DNA of 64,000 nucleotides from Phyllobates terribilis (Eukaryota), in the NCBI RefSeq assembly GCF_046119375.1, contig NW_027362769.1:359910001-359974000 (forward strand), in the 5' to 3' direction. This document shows positions 55,036 to 64,000 of this stretch, in pieces; the stretch's first letter is position 1; each line of letters begins with the position of its first letter. The notes under the pieces were generated by a model. It had not been told where the DNA came from, did not search any database, and was given only the letters and a program-made list of their open reading frames with translations. The position numbers and the translations under genes were made by a program.

Positions 55036-55690
55036 ATTATCTGGGACATCTATAAGGCTGCTGATCTGGGCTGTACACATGTTGTGTTGGGGATGAGTCG
55101 CATTGTGAAGCTGGCGCCTTATCAGAGCTCTTCCCTCCATTAACTGCCGCAGCGTCACAGCTTCACACAGGGTCAGACACGATATTACACAGGTGATTGC
55201 AATCAGCCCCCTATGTGGATACGTGTTCACCCCCCAATACTCTGCACATTCGGGGTGTACTTATATTACAGGTCAGGGAGGTGGCAGTCAGCGGAGGCCA
55301 TCGCCTGTGTTACCCTTCTGGGCTCTCAGCAGCTCCAGGTCGTCCCCACATCGTACAATCCGCTTCCTGTACGATGGATATTGTAGTAAAGATCCCTGTG
55401 ATGGTGACAAGAGCCGGGAATAGGAGGAACGAGCTCCCGCAGCAGTTTTATCTCCCCGGATACACAGTGATGCGCAGATCGGGAGGACGGCGGCGATGAT
55501 CCCGGGACCTCCTCTCGGCTCTTTCCCGGCATCTCTGCTGGTGACGGCTACAAACGGTCAGTGGAGATGATGGAGAAGAGGAAGCGACGGAGAAAGCGCG
55601 CTCTGCTGTCCGGTGTTAGCCGGTAAAGGGCTTTTTATCCCGGGCAGGGAAGCACAAGGGGAGAGCGGAGCTTCACTCGGGCTCAGCAGG

Positions 55691-55790
55691 GAGGAGGCGG
55701 GGCCTGTGTCAGTGTCAGCCAATAGATGCTCAGGACGATGCTGCTCAGCAGCCAATCAGTGCGCAGTAAGCCTGTACATTTAACAGGCGC
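55691..55790 (+). promoter_or_regulatory. H1 proximal promoter
   Basis: GC box GAGGCGGGG, CCAAT at 55719 and 55752; no clean TATA seen. Confidence 0.65.
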
Positions 55791-55854
55791 CTCCAGCTCC
55801 GGCCTCAGCGTTTTCCTATTAGGAGATATTTCTGTTCTAGTTCCGCAGCACACG

Positions 55855-56511
55855 ATGGCCGAGACCGCACCAGCCGCCGCTCCCCATCCCGCAGAACCGG
55901 CCGCCAAATCCAAGAAACTGCAGAAGAAATCCGCCGCCGGGGGCGCCAAGAAAAGCAAGAAACCCTCCGGTCCCAGCGTCGCCGATCTGATCGTGAAAGC
56001 CGTGTCCGCCTCTAAGGAGCGCAGTGGGGTGTCTCTGGCCGCCCTGAAGAAGGCTCTGTCTGCCGGAGGATACGATGTACAGAAGAACAATAGCCGCCTG
56101 AAGCTGGCCGTCAAGTCTCTGGTCACCAAGGGCGCCCTCCTCCAGGTGAAGGGCAGCGGCGCCTCCGGGTCCTTCAAGCTAAACAAGAAGCAGCAGGAGA
56201 CTAAGGACAAAGCGGCCAAGAAGAAGTCAGCAGCTGCGGCCAAGCCCAAGAAACCCGCTGCAGCCAAGAAAGCCGCCAAGTCTCCTAAGAAGCCCAAGAA
56301 GGCTCCGACCGCGGCCAAGAAGAGCCCGAAAAAGGCCAAGAAGCCCGCAGCAGCTGCCAAGAAGGCGGCCAAGAGCCCCAAGAAGCCAAAGGCCGCTCCG
56401 AAGCCCAAGAAGGTGACGAAGAGTCCGGCTAAGAAAGCTGCTAAACCCAAAGCTGCCAAGAGTCCTGCTAAGAAGGCAGCTAAAGCCAAGAAGCCCGCAG
56501 CTAAGAAATAA
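55855..56511 (+). CDS. H1: Linker histone H1, replication-dependent, intact, 218 aa
   Basis: [10 protein letters not shown]..., globular domain [27 protein letters not shown]...[14 protein letters not shown]-rich tail with SPKK motifs; stem-loop. Confidence 0.97.
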   Translation: MAETAPAAAPHPAEPAAKSKKLQKKSAAGGAKKSKKPSGPSVADLIVKAVSASKERSGVSLAALKKALSAGGYDVQKNNSRLKLAVKSLVTKGALLQVKGSGASGSFKLNKKQQETKDKAAKKKSAAAAKPKKPAAAKKAAKSPKKPKKAPTAAKKSPKKAKKPAAAAKKAAKSPKKPKAAPKPKKVTKSPAKKAAKPKAAKSPAKKAAKAKKPAAKK

Positions 56512-56541
56512 GCCAAAACCGCCCTGAAATTACCCCACAAA

Positions 56542-56557
56542 GGCTCTTTTTAGAGCC
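56542..56557 (+). terminator. Histone stem-loop (H1)
   Basis: GGCTCT-TTTT-AGAGCC-ACCAC. Confidence 0.95.
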
Positions 56558-58293
56558 ACCACCTTGTCCCCGGCAGAGCTGTATGATCAGTGCCACCACC
56601 TTGTCCCCGGCAGAGCTGTATGATCAGTGCCACCACCTTGTCCCCGGCAGAGCTGTATGATCAGTGCCACCACCTTGTCCCCGGCAGAGCTGTATGATCA
56701 GTGCCACCACCTTGTGCCCGGCAGAGCTGTATGATCAGTGCCACCACCTTGTCCCCGGCAGAGCTGTATGATCAGTGCCACCACCTTGTCCCCGGCAGAG
56801 CTGTATGATTAGTTCCACCACCTTGTCCCCGGCAGAGCTGTATGATTAGTTCCACCACCTTGTCCCCGCCAGAGCTGTATTTTCAGTGCCACCACCTTGT
56901 CCCCGGCAGAGCTGTATGATCAGTGCCACCACCTTGTCCCAGGCAGAGCTGTATGATTAGTGCCACCACCTTGTCCCCGCCAGAGCTGCATGATCAGTGC
57001 CACCACCTTGTCCCCGGCAGAGCTGTATGATCAGTGCCACCACCTTGTCCCCGGCAGAGCTGTATGATCAGAGCCACCACCTTGTCCCCGGCAGAGCTGT
57101 ATGATCAGAGCCACCACCTTGTCCCCTCCCTGCAGAGCTGTATGATAAGTGCCACCACCTTGTCCCTGGCAGAGCTGTATGATCAGTGCCACCACCTTGT
57201 CCCCGGCAGAGCTGTATGATCAGTGCCACCACCTTGTCCCCGGCAGAGCTGTATGATCAGTGCCACCACCTTGTCCCCGGCAGAGCTGTATGATCAGAGC
57301 CACCACCTTGTCCCCTGCAGAGCTGTATAATCAGTGCCATCATCTTTTCCCCGGCAGAGCTGTATGATCAGAGCCACCACCTTGTCCCCTGCAGAGCTGT
57401 ATAATCAGTGCCATCATCTTGTCCCCGGCAGAGCTGTATGATCAGTGCCACCACCTTGTCCCCTGCAGAGCTGTATAATCAGTGCCATCATCTTGTCCCC
57501 GGCAGAGCTGTATGATCAGTGCCACCACCTTGTCCCCTGCAGAGCTGTATAATCAGTGCCATCATCTTGTCCCCGGCAGAGCTGTATGATCAGAGCCACC
57601 ACCTTGTCCCCTGCAGAGCTGTATAATCAGTGCCACCACCTTGTCCCCGGCAGAGCTGTATAAGTGCCACCACCTTGTCCCCTGCAGAGCTGTATAATCA
57701 GTGCCACCACCTTGTCCCCGGCAGAGCTGTATAAGTGCCACCACCTTGTCCCCGGCAGAGCTGTATGATCAGAGCCACCACCTTGTCCCCGGCAGAGCTG
57801 TATGATCAGTGCCATCATCTTGTCCCCTGCAGAGCTGTATGATCAGTGCCACCACCTTGTCCCCGGCAGAGCTGTATGATCAGTGCCACCACCTTGTCCC
57901 CTGCAGAGCTGTATGATCAGTGCCACCACCTTGTCCCCGGCAGAGCTGTATGATCAGTGCCACCACCATGTCCCCGACAGAGCTGTATGATCAGTGCTAC
58001 CACCTTGTCCCCGGCAGAGCTGTATGATCAGTGCCACCACCATGTCCCCGACAGAGCTGTATGATCAGTGCTACCACCTTGTCCCCTGCAGAGCTGTATG
58101 ATCAGTGCCACCACCTTGTCCCCGGCAGAGCTGTATGATCAGTGCCACCACCATGTCCCCGACAGAGCTGTATGATCAGTGCTACCACCTTGTCCCCGGC
58201 AGAGCTGTATGATCAGTGCCACCACCTTGTCCCCTGCAGAGCTGTATGATCAGTGCCACCACCTTGTCCCCGGCAGAGCTGTATGATCAGTGC
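56556..58293 (+). repeat. 37-bp minisatellite, about 47 units, containing cleavage-site and HDE motifs
   Basis: CCACCACCTTGTCCCCGGCAGAGCTGTATGATCAGTG; first unit overlaps the stem-loop base. Confidence 0.97.
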
Positions 58294-58772
58294 CCGTATA
58301 TGCTGCCGCTTCTAGATTATAGTGTGTACAGGGAGCGGCTCCAGTGTTATTATGAATAAGCTTTTCCCCACATCTCCGCATAGAGCTGCTCTGTGTCCCG
58401 ATCACACCAGTGCAGGTGACCGATCAGTGTAATCAATGGAGGGAAGGGGCCGATGTCCTACAGAAATCTAATTCTTACATCATCCTAATCAATCACCACT
58501 TGAGAGCCTGTACAGCTCAGTGACATCGGCGGCTCCTGCTGTAGAAGCCGCATGTAGACATGGTGTGACCCTGTGCCAGTATCCGCAGCCAGAAAAGAGA
58601 GAACAGAGACCCTGCCCCTCTTTTTGAGGGCGGGATTAATGGGCGTTGGGATGATTTTGTGAATAATGATTGGTCGCGGATATCACACCTGTTTTGGCGG
58701 CTCATGTTAATTTTTATTACCAATGCAGTGCAGGGGGCGTGTTCACATGACGCGGTAACAGGAGCAGAGGAG

Positions 58773-59242
<470 letters not shown>

Positions 59243-59271
59243 ATCCGTCCTACACGTCTGACTATAACAAA

Positions 59272-59287
59272 GGCTCTTTTCAGAGCC
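59272..59287 (+). terminator. Histone stem-loop (H3)
   Basis: GGCTCT-TTTC-AGAGCC; single HDE-like AAGGAGCTG downstream. Confidence 0.95.
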
Positions 59288-61112
59288 ACCAAATCCTCCA
59301 TAATAAGGAGCTGATCCCTCACATCTGCTTCATATTCTGCTGAGTGTTCACTTGTGCTCAGTAACATCAGGGGCGCTCAGTTCTCTTCTCAGTCTGCAGT
59401 TGGTATCTGGGGGGATTATTCCCTCCAATGCAGTTATAAGGGTGTGTAGAAATGATTGATTACTACACGAAGTACATTCTACTCATTCAACCACTTAATA
59501 TTCGTATCCCCACTAGTTTTCGCACCGATCCTGCCGCACATCCAATAATATCAGCTTTATTTAATGTATTAGGAGTCTGGACTGTGTTTTGAAGGGATAA
59601 ATGCGCAGATTTCTTGGTGTATATGATGCGATCATTATAGGACGTCCATTATCCAGCGCTATCTCCTGTGAACACTCGCTGACTCCTATCAGCCGCACGG
59701 GTCTGATCCTGAAAACGCATCAGGATTAAGAGACTAATATCCTCTGCAGCTCTGTAGTAGGTTTATCTAGATAATATTAACCTACATTTTATAAAATCCC
59801 CACCTCCTTCTTTCAAAGTTCTCTGTAAACTGCAGTATCTCGTTTCTTTATATTCCCGGCACTCGGAATATTGCTGGTGTGATGGAGTCACCATTGTTAG
59901 AATCAGTTCTGCACTTTGTGTTATAGAAAGCGGATACTGTTCCCTCGATCCTGGAAATGATAGAAATTCCTGTATGGAACCAAGAGACCATTGATCGCTC
60001 AACACAAGCAAATTTCCTGATATCCGACAGTCCTGAAACCACGTGATCCAGAAGGACAAAGAACAGAAAAAGCCATCAGCCCCTGAGCGGGGACTTCCTA
60101 TTCGGTAACTATTAACATTAGCTCCTCCCCTTCCTCTGCTGATTGGCTGAACACAGGACGTTAGGGAGTTTGAATTTCCCGCTCCTTGTAGTTTCCGCAG
60201 CTTCTACATGTAATTGTGTTACTACTTCTGCTGTGAAGAGAAGTGTCCGGTCTATAGATAAACTCCACTGAGCACATTCATGTAATCACCTTTCAGATCA
60301 CAGTGTATTCTCCATTGGATATGGGACCACTGGAATGAGAATCAATCAGCTGCTCAGTGATTTTGTTATTTATACGGTTCCTTTTTTATTTGCTCAATCT
60401 GAGCTGTTGTCATTATCTTCTACAGGAAGATAACAAATGTTCTCTAAGTGCAAATCCTCAAATGAAGAAACAAGTGATATCTGAGTTTTATGATCTCTGT
60501 CAATTACAATACAAGTGTTATTAGGAGAAAGTAAATATTGTCATTTCTGATGAGCGGAAAATCCCAGTGGTGGCAAAATATTAAGTATCGGAGCAGTGCT
60601 GCTGACCGCTGCTTCCTCCCTGCACTGTCCTTAGAAGAGGCAATAATCCTGGCTGCCACAATCCTCCTCTGATCGTGTCCAGGCATGGTCACATGCTGCT
60701 GCTCCTGGCAAATCACCGCACCCCAAGAGCAATTCTATCAGAAGTGACAAGCCCGTTTTGGAAACGTCACAGAGCTCAGTCAGGATCCTATAGATTAGTC
60801 ACCGGGAGCAGCCAGAATGTCACATGTATTAATACATGTAGATTGTACAGAATGAAGCCATGGCAAGGGATGATGAGGGGAGTAGTAAGATGCGGAAATG
60901 ACCATGGAGATGTGAATAGCATGTTAGGAATATGCTGGTATGATGGAAGTGGGGGTTAATCACTGTCAGTGCCGCTATCTGTATATTCAGCAGTGATCTG
61001 ATGCTTCTACTCAGCTTCATCTCACTTGCAGGAGGTTGGTGTCGTGTCTGCCCTTTTATTTATGGACTGTATCTGACACATTTCTCATCACAGGGAAAAA
61101 TATATATTAGAC

Positions 61113-61276
61113 GCTGCGGAAACTGCACAATGAGCGGGAAATTCAAACTCCCCAACAGTTCTGTGTTCAGCCAATCAGCAGAGGAAGGAGGAGCTAATGT
61201 AGATTCTGTAAGACCCGCCCTGGAAACGCGGCATCTCTGCAGTTTTCTCTCTGGTCCACTGATACGCTATATAAAA
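61113..61276 (+). promoter_or_regulatory. H4 promoter
   Basis: CCAAT (CAGCCAATCAG), H4-type CTGGTCC motif, TATATAAA near 61268. Confidence 0.75.
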
Positions 61277-61319
61277 GAAGAGTCGGTGCGGTTTAGTCAT
61301 TTTTCTACTGACTATTTAG

Positions 61320-61634
<315 letters not shown>

Positions 61635-61666
61635 TTGTATTCTCTGCTCCATCCTGACAACCCAAA

Positions 61667-61682
61667 GGCTCTTTTCAGAGCC
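61667..61682 (+). terminator. Histone stem-loop (H4)
   Basis: GGCTCT-TTTC-AGAGCC. Confidence 0.95.
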
Positions 61683-61952
61683 ACCACATCTTCTAAGTGA
61701 GAGGCTACAATCTCCTGTTGCTGTGCCGGGAGCTGATCTCTACTGTGCACTGGTGATCTCTGTATTCTGACTGGTAGATCGCTCAGGTGTCCGGTTCTCA
61801 TCAGTGTAAGTTTTGTTCTTCCCATATTGGGGAGAACGGCGGACAGTAATTCTAACACTAGTGAGATAACACTGATCCGCGGTTACTACAGACCATTGGA
61901 TCCAGGTCCTGCAGTGAGAAGAATGTGACTCTACTACATATTTCCACATCAG

Positions 61953-63250
61953 ATTATTATTATAGCGCCATTTATTCCATGGCACTTTACATGTGAAGAA
62001 GGGGTATACATACAAGAGCAATTACAATAATCTTGAACACCATGTGATGGCGACTGGTACATGAGGAGCGAGGTCCCTGCCTGCGATGGCTCAGTCTACA
62101 AGTGATGGGTGAGGGTAGAGCTGGTCGTGCAGCATTATTTGTGGAGTGGTGGTTACTGCAGGTTGTAGGCTTGTCGGAAGAGGTGGGTCTTCAGGCTCTT
62201 TTTGAAGGTTTCCACGGTGGAGGAGAGCCTGATGTGTTGGGGTAGAGAGTTCCAGAGTAGGGGAGACGCACGGGAGAAATCTTGTATGTGATTGTGGGAA
62301 GGGGCGATAAGAGGGGAGTAGAGAAGGAGATCTTGTGAGGATCGGAGGTTGCGTGCGGGTATGTTGCGGGAGAGTAGGCAAGATATATGTGGAGGAGACA
62401 GGTTGTGAATGGCTTTGTATGTCATGGTTAGGGATTTTAACTGGAGTCTCTGTTCAATGGGGAGCCAGTGAAGAGATTGACAAAGAGGAGAGGCTGGGGG
62501 AAAAGTGGATTAGTCAATGGGCAGCCATTGACGTTGATAGGTCAGTTGGGGGGGTTGAATGAGATGGCGGAAAGATGATGAATTCTGTTTTGTCCATGTT
62601 AAGTTTTAGAAATCTAGCAGAGAAGAAGGATGAAATAGCAGACAGACATTGTGGGATTTTGGTTAGTAAGGAGGTGATATCAGGTCCAGAGAGGCAGATC
62701 TGTGTGTCGTCAGCATAGAGGTGATAATGAAAGCCATGAGACTCTATGAGCTGTCCCAGGCCTAAGGTGTAGATGGAGATGAGCAGGGGTCCTAGAACTG
62801 AACCTTGGGGGACACCGACAGATAGGGGGTGAGATGAGGAGGTGGTCTGTGAGTGAGAGACACTGAATGTCCTGTCTGTTAGATATGAGGAGATCCAGGA
62901 TAGGGCCCAGTTTGTGATGCCGAGAGATGAGAGTTTTTAGTAAGAGGGAATGGTCCACTGTGTCGAAGGCAGATGACAGGTCTAAAAGGAGGACAGAATA
63001 GTGTCGCTTATATTTGGCGGTTAGTAGGTCGTTGGTAACTTTGGTCAGTGCAGTTTCAGTAGAATGGTGCGGTCGGAAACCAGATTGTAGGTGGTCGAAG
63101 AGGGAGCAGGAGGAGAGGTGGGAGGACAGCTCAGAATGGACGTGTTGTTCCAGTAGTTTTGAGGCATAGGGGAGAAGTGATATGGGGCGATAGCTAGACA
63201 GAGAGGATGGGTCAAGGGAGGGCTTTTTGAGGATGGGTGTGATTGAGGCA
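61953..63250 (-). mobile_element. L2-type LINE, 5'-truncated, internally deleted
   Basis: Reverse-strand relative of 37250-39263, including the tail ATTATTATTATAGCGCCATTTATTCCATGG. Confidence 0.9.
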
Positions 63251-64000
63251 GCGATTATTCCTCGTTTACATCACATACAGGAGTCTGTAGAGTTTCGGGA
63301 TTAGGGGAGCAGATCTTTTTCTTCAGTACATTGCATCACAATCACTATTGTGGAGGACTATATACTGATCGGGGATTTATCCTACAAGAGACATTTCTAG
63401 AAAGATCAATTCTACTTTCCCATGCAGATCTCATTATGTCTCCCCGATCATCTCCTCAGCAGTTTTCCAGTAATCCATTTACAGATCAATTCTACAGCTA
63501 AAGGCAGGAGGTTTGTGACAGGACACGTACGATTGTGGATTGCAGATTGCTTAGAGTTCATTGCTCAGAACATTACACTCTGCTGTCAGGAGCCTATAGG
63601 TCAGGCATGCAGTATAGGTCAGGCATGCAGTATAGGTCAGGCATGCAGTATAGGTCAGGCATGCAGTATAGGTCAGGCATGCAGTATAGGTCAGGCATGC
63701 AGTATAGGTCAGGCATGCAGTATAGGTCGGGCATGCAGTATAGGTCGGGCATGCAGTATAGGTCGGGCATGCAGTATAGGTCAGGCATGCAGTATAGGTC
63801 AGGCATGCAGTATAGGTCAGGCATGCAGTTAGATCCTCAGTCATCACATCCTCCTCAGGAGATTCTTTCCTGCTCAGGTACTGATCGCTCTTCTGCTCTT
63901 TCTCTTGTCCTCTCCCTCTTTATCCACTGACACTGAACATGGGCCCCGTCTCCTCCCAACAGAGAGAAGCTCCGCACTCCAGTTGTGCTTCCCTGCCCGG
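63248..64000 (+). repeat. Segmental duplicate of 8778-10085
   Basis: Near-identical unique flanks around the 18-bp array. Confidence 0.95.
63595..63828 (+). repeat. 18-bp minisatellite, 13 units
   Basis: Same unit as 9123-9914; 234 bp / 18. Confidence 0.98.

Noticed and set aside
55726-55854. N-terminally extended H1 (261 aa) from the ORF track
   Set aside because: The upstream ATG lies among the CCAAT boxes; the MAETAP start at 55855 fits H1 orthologs.

Overview
Vertebrate genomic DNA, most likely anuran amphibian (inferred from histone sequences and repeat content): a fragmented replication-dependent histone gene locus embedded in nested transposons and minisatellites. Histone content: H4 3' fragment, intact H2A(-) and partly N-masked H2B(+) at 3.5-5.9 kb; a degenerate H2A/H2B pair at 40.4-42.5 kb; H1(+), H3.2-type(+) and an H4(+) beginning with CTG instead of ATG at 55.9-61.7 kb. 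Main observations: (1) the left histone block lies in an 11.4-kb insertion with piggyBac-type ends and a duplicated TTAA that splits the RT of a chromodomain Gypsy element; (2) two different minisatellites (39 bp after H2B, 37 bp after H1) start right at the histone stem-loop and repeat the U7 snRNA-binding downstream element about 62 and about 47 times, while the other H2B copy keeps it single; (3) a 120-bp block plus a 21-bp minisatellite brackets the histone order in inverted orientation. The rest is a 19-kb nested hAT element inside an L2 LINE, a Gmr1/SCAN-type Gypsy, two CR1 copies, solo LTRs and an 8.3-kb foldback of two hAT transposase halves. Coordinates were counted by eye; repeat boundaries and percent identities are approximate.
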